A stretch of DNA of 64,000 bases from Sulfurovum sp. (GCA_002733355.1 NVVN01000001.1:189091-253090), one strand, 5' to 3'. Positions 39,069 to 48,837 are shown, counted from the first letter of the stretch. The notes: generated by a model from the letters alone, not told the origin. Translations and numbers: made by a program.

Positions 39069-40190
39069 TCACACAACAACCCCATACCTCACATTCCTGC
39101 CACCACTTCCCTCTATCTGAACAATACACCCTTTATCTACCAACTCTTTTATATCTCTTACTACTGTGGCTTTACTCACTTTTGTCATAGCCATGTACTT
39201 TTTAGTGTTGATGCCACCTTCAAAGTTCTCATTACCTACATCCAAGACTTTGTTGAGTACTTTTACTTGGCGTGGGTTAAGGGCATCCGACCTATGGATA
39301 TCCCAAAATCTTGTTTTTTCTAAGAGATACTCTAAATCCTTTTGTGCATCTATCATCGCTTGTTTAACAGTTTCCAAGTGCCAGCGAATCCACGCAGTAA
39401 AATCAAAATCTCTATTTATAAAAAGATTGGTCGTTTTGTCTAACATGGNATAGTACTCNNTACGCTTATTATTGATAGCNGTAGAGAGNGAATAGAGTTT
39501 AAANTCTACCTGTGTGCTACCTGAGAGAATGTAGTCGGTNATAGCTCTAGCTATCCTGCCATTACCATCATCATAAGGATGTATAGAGACAAACCANAGA
39601 TGTGCCAATGCACTTTTAATATATCTATTTTCATCACTCTTTTCTATCCACTCCAAAAGCATTTCTATAGATTGGGATGGAGGTGCAATATAGTGTACTT
39701 TTTCATGCCCTATAGGTCCAGAGACTACTTGCGTATCATCATGCTCTCGAAACGAGGCAATACGAATCTTGTGTAAAAGATCATAGGAGGAAACAAAAAG
39801 GCAATTATGCCAGCCATGTAATCGCTCTTGGGTAAGTATGGTTTGGTTAGTGTTACAATCTATCAATACTTCTACCAAGGCATCAGTCTGATGGGTAGAT
39901 GTATCATTCTTAGTATCAAAATGTTGCAAAAGCTTTTTATATAACGATGCTCTTACGCTCTCTCTTTTGAGATATTCGCCCTCTATTGCCGAAGTATTGA
40001 TTGCTTCATTTACAAGTGCTTCTATTTTAATAGATTTGATATCTGTTTGATTCATTGATTTGGATATACCATGCAAAATACCATGATGATATTCTATCTG
40101 CATAAGAAGTTCTATAAGTGATGTTTTATCATACTTAAAATGTGGATAGTCAACATGTTGCCATATCCACTTTTGAGGGCTACTCTTCAT
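39069..40190 (-). CDS. Fic-family protein (DUF4172-type N-terminus, C-terminal HTH)
   Basis: HPYDDGNGRIAR Fic motif; WIWQ start; TSAIEGE. Confidence 0.92.
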   Translation of the reverse strand: MKSSPQKWIWQHVDYPHFKYDKTSLIELLMQIEYHHGILHGISKSMNQTDIKSIKIEALVNEAINTSAIEGEYLKRESVRASLYKKLLQHFDTKNDTSTHQTDALVEVLIDCNTNQTILTQERLHGWHNCLFVSSYDLLHKIRIASFREHDDTQVVSGPIGHEKVHYIAPPSQSIEMLLEWIEKSDENRYIKSALAHXWFVSIHPYDDGNGRIARAXTDYILSGSTQVXFKLYXLSXAINNKRXEYYXMLDKTTNLFINRDFDFTAWIRWHLETVKQAMIDAQKDLEYLLEKTRFWDIHRSDALNPRQVKVLNKVLDVGNENFEGGINTKKYMAMTKVSKATVVRDIKELVDKGCIVQIEGSGGRNVRYGVVV

Positions 40191-40278
40191 AACTTTACTC
40201 CAATGAGCCGTTTATTTAGAGTAATAGTATCATAATATGAGTCGATTAGTCAATTTATTCGTATCATTTTTGATGCGG

Positions 40279-41541
40279 TTACTTCTCAATCCTCATCATA
40301 GCAATCTCACCACGCACCACATCAAGCTTACCAAGAGCAGTCATAGCCTCTTGCATTTTGCTCTCTTTAGTTTTATGCGTGGTAAATAATAGTTTAGCCA
40401 TGCTAGCGTCATCTGTAGGCTTTTGAAGCATCGCTTCTATGGAGATGCCGAACTCACCAAGTGTGGAAGTGATGTTGGCAAGTGCTCCACTCGCATCTAT
40501 GACTTCTAGTCGCAGATAGTACTGAGTGACTATCTCATCACGGCTTAGGAGTTTGAGTCCTGACTCTAGCCCTTTTTTGTAGCCTAGCATAGGACCCTGG
40601 TTTCCACGTACGATGTCTACGATGTCTGAAATGACAGCTGATGCCGTAGCATCACCCCCAGCTCCAGGACCATAATACATGGTCTCACCTACACGATCAC
40701 CTATGACAGTAACTGCGTTCATTACGCCATCAACTTTTGCTATCATAGAGTCTGCTGGAATCATGGTTGCATGAACACGTAGTTCAACCCCATTACCTAC
40801 TTTTTTAGCGATACCCAAAGACTTTATTTCATACCCGAACTCTTTTGCAAATTCTACATCGGTTTGCGTGATGTTTTCTATGCCTTCTATGAGTATGTCT
40901 TCTGGTTTAGCATCTATGCCATACGCGATACTTGCTAAAATAAGAAGCTTATGAGAAGCATCAAAGCCACCCACATCAAAAGTAGGATCTGCTTCTGCAT
41001 AGCCTAAATCTTGTGCCTCTTTTAGTATGTCATCATACTGTGCGCCTTCGTTTATCATCTTTGTGAGCATATAGTTACAGGTACCATTCATAATACCCTG
41101 TATGGAGTCTATGTGGTTTGCCGAAAGTCCTGTTCTCAATGCACCGATAATGGGGATGCCTCCAGCTGTACTTGCTTCATACATAAGAGGGATGTCACCT
41201 GCTATCTCTTGGAGTTCATAACGGTGATAGGCTAGTAAGGCTTTGTTCGCTGTGACTACTGCTTTACCATTTTCTAGTGCTTTTTTTACAAGTGCATACG
41301 GCTCTTCTACGCCACCCATGAGTTCAACTACTATGTCTATGTCTGGGTCATTTACTACGTCTAGTGGATTGTCAGAGAGCTTGATACTCACGCCTCTGTC
41401 TTTGGAAAGGTTTTTAACCACACCAGATTTAACAACTATTTTTTCGCCCGCACGCGCTTCAATGATATCTGCATTTGCTTCTAAAATATTTACTACACTG
41501 GTACCTACTGTACCAACACCTAAAATCCCGATTCTAACCAT
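40279..41541 (-). CDS. hom: Homoserine dehydrogenase with ACT domain
   Basis: G.GTVG, VTANK, NGTCNY, GYAEADP, GPGAG. Confidence 0.97.
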   Translation of the reverse strand: MVRIGILGVGTVGTSVVNILEANADIIEARAGEKIVVKSGVVKNLSKDRGVSIKLSDNPLDVVNDPDIDIVVELMGGVEEPYALVKKALENGKAVVTANKALLAYHRYELQEIAGDIPLMYEASTAGGIPIIGALRTGLSANHIDSIQGIMNGTCNYMLTKMINEGAQYDDILKEAQDLGYAEADPTFDVGGFDASHKLLILASIAYGIDAKPEDILIEGIENITQTDVEFAKEFGYEIKSLGIAKKVGNGVELRVHATMIPADSMIAKVDGVMNAVTVIGDRVGETMYYGPGAGGDATASAVISDIVDIVRGNQGPMLGYKKGLESGLKLLSRDEIVTQYYLRLEVIDASGALANITSTLGEFGISIEAMLQKPTDDASMAKLLFTTHKTKESKMQEAMTALGKLDVVRGEIAMMRIEK

Positions 41542-41543
41542 TA

Positions 41544-42776
41544 TTATTTATCCTTTTTCTCTGCCTCTAAATCTTTTAAAAATTTCTTAATATTTTTTGC
41601 AGCCTGTCTAATACGTTTTTCATTTTCAATCAATGCAATACGTACATACGCATCACCATATTTACCAAAACCTATACCAGGACTCACTGCTACGCCGGCT
41701 TGAATAAGCAACCGTTTTGCAAACTCCAACGAGCCCATGTCACGTGCCACTTCAGGAATCTTCGCCCAGATGAACATAGAAGCATTTGGTTTTGCCAGTG
41801 GCCATCCAGCATTGCCAAAGGCATCGATCATCACGTCACGTCTTTTTTGATAACGGGGAATGATTTGTTCATCAGGAATATATCCATGGTCATCAAGCGC
41901 TACAGTTGCTGCCACCTGTATAGGGGTAAACATACCATAGTCCAACCAAGACTTGATACTTTGAAGTGCGCCTATGAGTTTTTTGTTACCTACGATAAAC
42001 CCTACTCTCCAGCCTGCCATATTGTAAGACTTAGACAGAGTATAAGACTCTACTGCCACATCTTTAGCACCCTCTACACTCATAATAGATGGTGTTTTGT
42101 ATCCATCAAATGTAATATCAGCATAAGCAATGTCAGAAATGATGTAAAATCGTCTCCTTTTTGCCAATGCCACAAGTCTTACATAAAATTCTGCTGTCAC
42201 CGTAGCTGTACTTGGGTTGTGTGGGAAATTCACAACTAGAAATTTTGCCTGAGGGACAGAATTGTCAAGTGCTTCTTCTACATCAGCTAAAAACCTGTCT
42301 TCATCCACTTCAAATGTCTCTTCATCAAAAATAAGATGCATTTTTTCAACATTTGCACCCGCCAAAATAAATGCCTGAGAGTGAATGGGGTATGTCGGAT
42401 CTGGAACGATTGCCACATCTCCAGGATTTGAAATAGCCTGTACCAAGTGAACATACCCTTCTTTACTTCCCATAGTTGCAACTATCTCAGTATCGGGGTC
42501 AAGATCAGCACCATATTTACGTTTGTACCATCTACTCATAGCAAGACGAAGTTTATAAATACCTTTACTGGCACTATAACCATGTGTACGTGTTTTTTGT
42601 GCAGTTTCACATAACTTATCAATAATAGGTTGAGGCGTAGGTGCATCAGGGTTTCCCATGGAAAAGTCTATAATATCTTCACCATTACGACGTGCTGTCA
42701 TTTTTAAATCATTAATCTCTGCAAAAAGATATTTTGGTAAACGATTTATTTTCTCAAATTGGATTTCATCAAACAT
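41544..42776 (-). CDS. Class I PLP aminotransferase (AlaC / LL-DAP aminotransferase-like)
   Basis: NFPHNP, SD.AY, SKSYNMAGWRVG. Confidence 0.88.
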   Translation of the reverse strand: MFDEIQFEKINRLPKYLFAEINDLKMTARRNGEDIIDFSMGNPDAPTPQPIIDKLCETAQKTRTHGYSASKGIYKLRLAMSRWYKRKYGADLDPDTEIVATMGSKEGYVHLVQAISNPGDVAIVPDPTYPIHSQAFILAGANVEKMHLIFDEETFEVDEDRFLADVEEALDNSVPQAKFLVVNFPHNPSTATVTAEFYVRLVALAKRRRFYIISDIAYADITFDGYKTPSIMSVEGAKDVAVESYTLSKSYNMAGWRVGFIVGNKKLIGALQSIKSWLDYGMFTPIQVAATVALDDHGYIPDEQIIPRYQKRRDVMIDAFGNAGWPLAKPNASMFIWAKIPEVARDMGSLEFAKRLLIQAGVAVSPGIGFGKYGDAYVRIALIENEKRIRQAAKNIKKFLKDLEAEKKDK

Positions 42777-42806
42777 TCTTTTCTCTCTTTATTTTTTTTC
42801 TTATAT

Positions 42807-43670
42807 TTACCATTTTTGCCAGCCACCTTGCGCGATATATTCTTCTCTACTTAAGTGGATAACACCCTCTTTACTTACTTTAAAATAATGTTCTTTTGAG
42901 TCATTATATTCTTGTGTCTCTTTTTTATATATAAAAGAAAAGGCCGCTGTGCTTGTAGCAAGTAGCCAACTCTTTTCTTTTACATCTATCTCATAGGGCT
43001 TTGAAATGGAAAAGTGATCTCTCTCTCCTGTACCCATTTCTACAAGACCAAACCAAAGTCTATGTTGTGGTACTAACTTTACACTTCCCGCCACATCTTC
43101 AACGGTAGTATTCACGTCAGTTACTTCTGTCTTTTTTTCTGTTTCCATACTTGTTAAAACAATATCTTTTTTAACAAATGTATCATTTTTAGGAACAGAA
43201 GAAAGGGCTTCACTAATACTTAAATCTTTTTCCACTGTTGCTTCATTTAGCATGCTATCATCTTTTAGAGAGGTAAGCTCTTGCGTTTTGTCATCTTGGA
43301 AAGGAAGCAGGGTCGTTAATGTCTTTTGGTCAAATTGCGTAAAAAAATACCATGTGGCATATGCCAACAATCCCAATACCAACAATAAAACCCATATAGA
43401 CCGTCCTCTTTTTTCCTCATCCATAGGTAACCCTACACTGATGCGATCATTTTCACTATGTGCATCATAATATACTAAAGCTTTTTCTTTTAGTGTTTTT
43501 AAATCTGCATCATAATCACGTTCAATAATAGAAATAAACCCTAAAGCTTTAGCCCTTTTCAATTCAGAAAAATCATCATTAATGAGTGCTTCAAGATTAT
43601 TTTCTGAAATATTTGTTTTTTTACTGATTGCTTTTACACTGTTTTCTTCAAGTATCTCATTTAATTGCAT
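42807..43670 (-). CDS. RodZ-like membrane protein
   Basis: N-terminal HTH-like region, single TM helix, periplasmic C-terminus. Confidence 0.6.
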   Translation of the reverse strand: MQLNEILEENSVKAISKKTNISENNLEALINDDFSELKRAKALGFISIIERDYDADLKTLKEKALVYYDAHSENDRISVGLPMDEEKRGRSIWVLLLVLGLLAYATWYFFTQFDQKTLTTLLPFQDDKTQELTSLKDDSMLNEATVEKDLSISEALSSVPKNDTFVKKDIVLTSMETEKKTEVTDVNTTVEDVAGSVKLVPQHRLWFGLVEMGTGERDHFSISKPYEIDVKEKSWLLATSTAAFSFIYKKETQEYNDSKEHYFKVSKEGVIHLSREEYIAQGGWQKW

Positions 43671-44343
43671 AACCCATCCTATGTATTAAAATCGCTGCTG
43701 CTGCACTCACATTAAGTGAATCAAAAGCATGTTTCATCTCAATAGAAACCATATGGTTTATTTTTCCCATTACTTTTTTTGAAAGTCCTGTACTTTCATT
43801 GCCCAACACCAACACTCTTTTACTACTAAAAGAAGTATGTTCAATATTTTCACCCTTCATCGCAGCACCATAAATGTTAAAACCAAGTTGTACAAGTTCA
43901 TTAAAATTATCTAAAATATTTGGTGAAATCATAAAAGGCATATCTAGCAGTGCGCCTGAGCTTGTACGTGCTACAGCTGAAAAGTTCAGTTGCTTTACAC
44001 CTGTCGCGATAATAGCATCAGCACCCAAAGCATACCCCGAACGTACAATAGCCCCTATATTTCCCACATCTGTCAAACCATCGAGTACCACAATAAAACT
44101 ATGCTGTTTTACCTCAGAAAAACTTGCTTCTTCAAAATCAGTCATTTCTATAAGTAGTCCTTGGTGATTTCCACCTTTAGCCATAGACTGTGCCCACTTC
44201 TCTTCTAAAAACTTGATATTGTCGTGATACTGATGAAACAATGCTTGGGGGAGTATGTTTTTTTTAGCCACATAAACAGTTTTAATTTTTTCAGAGTGAT
44301 GCTCTAGTGCATGCAAACAGACTTGTTTTCCATATATAATCAT
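43657..44343 (-). CDS. rlmB: 23S rRNA Gm2251 methyltransferase
   Basis: NHQG, D..N.GAI.R, LG.E..G, SLNVS.A SPOUT motifs. Confidence 0.9.
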   Translation of the reverse strand: MIIYGKQVCLHALEHHSEKIKTVYVAKKNILPQALFHQYHDNIKFLEEKWAQSMAKGGNHQGLLIEMTDFEEASFSEVKQHSFIVVLDGLTDVGNIGAIVRSGYALGADAIIATGVKQLNFSAVARTSSGALLDMPFMISPNILDNFNELVQLGFNIYGAAMKGENIEHTSFSSKRVLVLGNESTGLSKKVMGKINHMVSIEMKHAFDSLNVSAAAAILIHRMGYAIK

Positions 44344-44397
44344 AAAGAAGATTTTACCCTTTTTTTGCTTTTAGGGTGTTAAGTAAGTTCCAATCAC

Positions 44398-45207
44398 CTA
44401 TTTGATGAGCTCGTTATACCACTCTTTTATAGATTTGTCACTTAACTGTGCTAAGAGTTTTGCCTTAGGTTTTGGTGCCAAATCAAGATTTAAAACTTCT
44501 ACAAAACTGAGACTTTTCTCCAGCACTTCTTTTGCTTTTATTATCACTACCCACTCACCTCTTATTGTAAGTGTTTTAAACTGTTCGTTGAGTGACTTTA
44601 CTGTGCCTTTATAGTAGTTTTGATATTTTTTACTGATTTCTTTAGCCAAAAACAATTCTCTATTTTCATCAAGCAGTTCTATCTCTTTTAACAGTTTTTC
44701 CAGACGGTGTGGTGACTCGTAGAGTATTGTATTGTATCCATTATTCATTGCTTCACTAAGCTCAAAAGCACGTTCTTTCCCCTTATGCGGTAAAAAAGCA
44801 TAAAAAAGAAACTTCCCTTCTTCAAATCCAGAGGCAGCGTAGGCTGTAGTGACAGCTGATGCTCCAGGAAGCACATCATAATGCATGTCGTGTTTTTGTG
44901 CATAGGCTACAAGAAGTTGCCCTGGGTCAGAAATAACAGGCATGCCTGCATCACTTACATAAACAACTTCTTCTTCAGCCAACAAAGCTCCGAACTCATT
45001 TAGCCTCTCTTGTCCATTATGCTCATTAAACGAATAAAACATAGCATCAGGATACACCATCTCGAAACGTTCTTCTAGTAACTTTAAAAGCTTTTTTGTT
45101 TGACGCGTATCTTCGCAGAAAAATAGTGTTGCTTTTTCAAATGTTCGCATGGCTCGAATAGTAATATCTTGGGGGTTTCCAATAGGAGTAGGAATGAATG
45201 TAATCAT
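44398..45207 (-). CDS. rsmI: 16S rRNA C1402 2'-O-methyltransferase
   Basis: TPIGN..D, CEDTR, SDAGMP.ISDPG, YESPHR. Confidence 0.95.
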   Translation of the reverse strand: MITFIPTPIGNPQDITIRAMRTFEKATLFFCEDTRQTKKLLKLLEERFEMVYPDAMFYSFNEHNGQERLNEFGALLAEEEVVYVSDAGMPVISDPGQLLVAYAQKHDMHYDVLPGASAVTTAYAASGFEEGKFLFYAFLPHKGKERAFELSEAMNNGYNTILYESPHRLEKLLKEIELLDENRELFLAKEISKKYQNYYKGTVKSLNEQFKTLTIRGEWVVIIKAKEVLEKSLSFVEVLNLDLAPKPKAKLLAQLSDKSIKEWYNELIK

Positions 45208-45238
45208 AAAATGCCTTTAGGCAATTAAATAAATAAAA

Positions 45239-45256
45239 TAGGGACAAGAGTCCCTA
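45239..45256 (-). terminator. rpmE terminator hairpin
   Basis: TAGGGAC-aaga-GTCCCTA, followed by U-rich sequence on the minus strand. Confidence 0.6.
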
Positions 45257-45271
45257 AAAGGTAAAGATGTC

Positions 45272-45472
45272 TTACGACAATTTGTATTTGTTTTTAAATT
45301 TCTCAACTCTACCAGCAGCATCAAGAATCTTCTCAGAACCTGTGAAAAATGGGTGACATTCATTACAAATATCCACTGACATTTCAGCTTTGTTTGTTCT
45401 TACTTCAAACTTGTTTCCACAAGCACAACTTACTTTACACTCAACGTAATCTGGGTGAATTTCTTTTCTCAT
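45272..45472 (-). CDS. rpmE: 50S ribosomal protein L31 (Zn-binding type)
   Basis: [24 protein letters not shown]. Confidence 0.97.
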   Translation of the reverse strand: MRKEIHPDYVECKVSCACGNKFEVRTNKAEMSVDICNECHPFFTGSEKILDAAGRVEKFKNKYKLS

Positions 45473-45617
45473 TTTTTAACCTTTAGTTTTATTGTATGAT
45501 GGACAACTAATCCATTCTAGCATTTTGCTCTTCCTTATTTTACAAATAAGTGGTATTGCAACGCTCTAGGCGAGACAATTAAGACCGTAATTCTACCGAA
45601 ATAAAGTTAAATCAAAA

Positions 45618-46286
45618 TTAGAGTAGTATTTTTGAAGCCACCGCACATACTGCTGACTCTGATTTTAAAACCAAAGGTGTATCAAAACCCACAATATCTT
45701 GGGTTTCGAAAAGTGCTACTTCCTTTTCATGAAAACCACCTTCACACCCTATGACTATAGTATCTATATCATTATTAGAAACAAAGTTTTTTTCAGAAAA
45801 ATTCAGCATTTTTGCACTTGGGTATTGTTCGACAAACGACGCTAAACCTTCTACCGCTTCAAGTACCATCATTTGTGATCTACCTGACTGTTGTGATGAA
45901 TTTAAAAGTATCTTTTTTAGCCGCTTAAAGTCAACTATAAAAGACTTTTGTGAACGTTTACAATAAATGAAAGTGATTTTTTCTACACCCATTTCATTGA
46001 GAGACGGGAGTATTTTTTCTATCTGCTTGGGGTCTATGACACACCAACCAATGTGGAGTGACCGGGAAGCCTTTATCTCACATATCATACTTTCTTGCAG
46101 CGCTAACTGTGTTGCATGTTTATCCATAGTTACGATAAGATAACGATGTAAAAGTCCATCTTCAAGATTTCGTAGATACAAAATATCATCTACTTTGTGT
46201 CTCCGTACCTTAAAAATGTAACGGTGTTCATCACCTTCTAAAGTGAGTGATGGTATACCTGCATCATTATGATATAAATATAACAT
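45618..46286 (-). CDS. rsmE: 16S rRNA U1498 methyltransferase
   Basis: E.GV, QQSGR, IG.EGG, L.SE.A. Confidence 0.9.
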   Translation of the reverse strand: MLYLYHNDAGIPSLTLEGDEHRYIFKVRRHKVDDILYLRNLEDGLLHRYLIVTMDKHATQLALQESMICEIKASRSLHIGWCVIDPKQIEKILPSLNEMGVEKITFIYCKRSQKSFIVDFKRLKKILLNSSQQSGRSQMMVLEAVEGLASFVEQYPSAKMLNFSEKNFVSNNDIDTIVIGCEGGFHEKEVALFETQDIVGFDTPLVLKSESAVCAVASKILL

Positions 46287-46312
46287 TTTAAATCCTTGAT
46301 AATAAAGTCAAG

Positions 46313-46403
46313 ATTTTAAAACTGCTCCAGCGCAGTGAGCCAACTGCTGAAGTTGACTTAGCGTCAGCGTAGTTATCTGAGCTTAGCTTACATGGCGTCC
46401 TAT
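46313..46403 (-). repeat. Three-hairpin structured repeat, copy 2
   Basis: Aligns with 31957-32047 with compensatory stem changes; begins at the stop codon of the upstream gene. Confidence 0.75.
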
Positions 46404-46828
46404 AATGATATAACACCCTTAGCCTTCAAGACCATAAGCACTACCATTGCAGCGACCAATAGAATATGAATGATAGAAATTTTGATAAATGATGATTTAA
46501 GTACTTTATGTGTATCTGCATTTTGTATGTTTGCAACCTTAATTGCTTTGTACTTTTTTATCTCGATATACATCATAATAGCCCAAACAACAACCATAAT
46601 AATAGTCGTAGTTGACCAACCTAAATCACCTGTAAATACGGCTACTATCCCTGCAAATGCAATCATCGTTATAATTGCTTGAAAGATCATCGTATAAATA
46701 AAAGAGCTTTTTCTAAATCCAAGTGGATTGCTCGCTGTGATAAAAGGAATAAGTAATCCCCCAACTAAAAAGCCTAAAAAAGCTTTTACCAACATACTGT
46801 GTGTGACTAGCATCTGTGATACTTCCAT
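46400..46828 (-). CDS. Hypothetical 4-TM membrane protein
   Basis: Four hydrophobic segments; GAGG RBS. Confidence 0.7.
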   Translation of the reverse strand: MEVSQMLVTHSMLVKAFLGFLVGGLLIPFITASNPLGFRKSSFIYTMIFQAIITMIAFAGIVAVFTGDLGWSTTTIIMVVVWAIMMYIEIKKYKAIKVANIQNADTHKVLKSSFIKISIIHILLVAAMVVLMVLKAKGVISL

Positions 46829-46917
46829 GATAATTTCCTCTGCAAATACAATTTATTTAAAAGCGGATTATACCCTAATTTGCTATAATCAACTTAACTT
46901 ATTCATAAAGGTCAACC

Positions 46918-48153
46918 ATGACTGTATCTATTACTGAGGCGTTAGATATCATATATAAAAACACCCCTGTACTCAATTTTGAAATACTCCCTATTGAAAA
47001 TGCATTAGGACGTATCATACGAGAAGACTGTATGGCGACATTTGATTTGCCTCGTTTTGACAACTCTGCCATGGATGGATATGCCATTAAATACACTGAT
47101 GCAGGCACTACGGTCACATGTACCAAAGTCATTTATGCAGGAGATAATCCTGAGATGACTTTAGAAGAAAAAACAGCCATTAAAATCATGACCGGTGCGC
47201 CTCTCCCAAAAGGATGTGAAGCAGTAGTACCTATAGAAGATGTTACGAGCAATGATACACAAATCACACTACCCAACAAGATACCAATACATGCAAACTT
47301 AAGATATGCAGGTGAAGACATTAAAAGCGGTACAGTATATATACATAAAGGTGAAACAATCACTGCTTACAGCATCGCTTTACTCGCAAGCCAAGGTGTA
47401 ACACATATAAGAGTCACACGTCCTGTTAGAGTAGCTGTATTTGGTACAGGAAATGAACTTCATCCACATTTTGACACTATAGAGGCACATCAACTTTATA
47501 ACTCAAATACCCCCATGTTCCTTGCTCGCGCAAAAGAGCTGGGATGCGAAGCACACTATATAGGAAGCTGTGATGATATTATGGATTCTTTAGAAACATC
47601 CATCCATTCTGCCCTAAATGATGATATTATCATTACCACGGGTGGTGTGAGTATGGGAGACAAAGATTTTACCAAAGATGCTTTTAAAAATCTTGGTGCA
47701 AGATTTTACTTTGAAAAGGTAGACATTAAACCTGGAAAACCAACAGCCTTTGGCATGATAAAAAATACAGTTATCGTCAATTTACCAGGTAACCCCCTTG
47801 CCTCTATGGTAAACTATGAGCTCTTTGTGCGTGCTATCATACGCAAGCTTTCAGGACGAAAAGATTATCTTCATGACACCATCAAGACTACGATGAAAAG
47901 TAACTTTGTAGTAAAAGGTGGGAAGAATACTGCTGTTCTTGGTACATTTAATGGTAAACATTTTGAACCATTAAAACCTCAAATGCCTGGTATGGTTTCA
48001 CCTATGCAAAAAGCGGATGGACTTATTCTCGTTACACCTAATGTAACGATGATTAAAGATGGTCACTCTGTTAATATGATACCGATAAAGTGGGATTGTT
48101 GCAGTATGCATGAAGAGGAATTATTTAGTCAGCAGGGACTTATCTTACTCTAA
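46918..48153 (+). CDS. moeA: Molybdopterin molybdotransferase
   Basis: NSAMDGYA, IMTGAP.P, TTGGVS.G..D, KPGKP, LPGNP. Confidence 0.95.
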   Translation: MTVSITEALDIIYKNTPVLNFEILPIENALGRIIREDCMATFDLPRFDNSAMDGYAIKYTDAGTTVTCTKVIYAGDNPEMTLEEKTAIKIMTGAPLPKGCEAVVPIEDVTSNDTQITLPNKIPIHANLRYAGEDIKSGTVYIHKGETITAYSIALLASQGVTHIRVTRPVRVAVFGTGNELHPHFDTIEAHQLYNSNTPMFLARAKELGCEAHYIGSCDDIMDSLETSIHSALNDDIIITTGGVSMGDKDFTKDAFKNLGARFYFEKVDIKPGKPTAFGMIKNTVIVNLPGNPLASMVNYELFVRAIIRKLSGRKDYLHDTIKTTMKSNFVVKGGKNTAVLGTFNGKHFEPLKPQMPGMVSPMQKADGLILVTPNVTMIKDGHSVNMIPIKWDCCSMHEEELFSQQGLILL

Positions 48154-48174
48154 AGTAAAGAAGATAACAAAATA

Positions 48175-48605
48175 TTAGAGCGTTGAGATATATGCAGCTA
48201 CTGCTTTAATCTCGTCATCACTCAGGGGTGCAATTTGACCATTCATCACGATACCCATACCAGCTACATTTCTTGTACCTGCTTTGTAGCCTGCCAAGGC
48301 TTCTTCTAGGTATGTTACTGATTTTCCTGCTATTATTTCTGATTTACTAAGTGCTTTTCGTTCAGCATTTACTCCATGACATCGAATACATTTAGAAAAT
48401 ATTACTTTACCTACTGCATTATTTTCTTTAGTGTTCATAGCTACTGTGGCTGACTTAGTAACATCAGTTAGGTCATTTGATGTGGTTTTTTAACTGTTTC
48501 TGTTTCCGTAGATACTGCAAATTTTGGTGATTCTTTAGTCTTTTCATCACATGCGGTGAACAGCATTGTCAACGCAAGTAATGAAAATAATATAACTTTT
48601 TTCGT
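48175..48605 (-). pseudogene. Split lipoprotein cytochrome c553-like gene (ACG in place of the start codon, -1 frameshift)
   Basis: Lipobox-type signal KKVILFSLLALTMLFTAC in one frame and a CIRCH haem domain in another; adding one A in the A6 run (T6 at 48486-48491) joins them. Confidence 0.7.
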
Positions 48606-48639
48606 GCCCGCTACTTTTTGGGCAGTTGGCTTATTTGCT

Positions 48640-48837
48640 TTAGTGTGTGCTACTCTTGCTTTTTGCTTCATAGTTAACTCGTGCTTCATCAGCAAGCTTC
48701 TTTAAAGCAGCTTGCTGTTCAGGAGACTGTTCGTTATACTCATATGGTGGACGATCCTTATGGTAGTCTGCTCCTCCAATACATCCTGTAAGTATAAATG
48801 CTACTGCTGCCAATAAAAGTACTGTTATATTCCTCAT
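48640..48837 (-). CDS. Small lipoprotein
   Basis: Signal peptide ending LTGC; AAGGA RBS. Confidence 0.7.
   Translation of the reverse strand: MRNITVLLLAAVAFILTGCIGGADYHKDRPPYEYNEQSPEQQAALKKLADEARVNYEAKSKSSTH

Noticed and set aside
32576..40190. Integron cassette array
   Set aside because: No consistent RYYYAAC...GTTRRRY attC sites between genes and no intI; the modules carry their own promoters.
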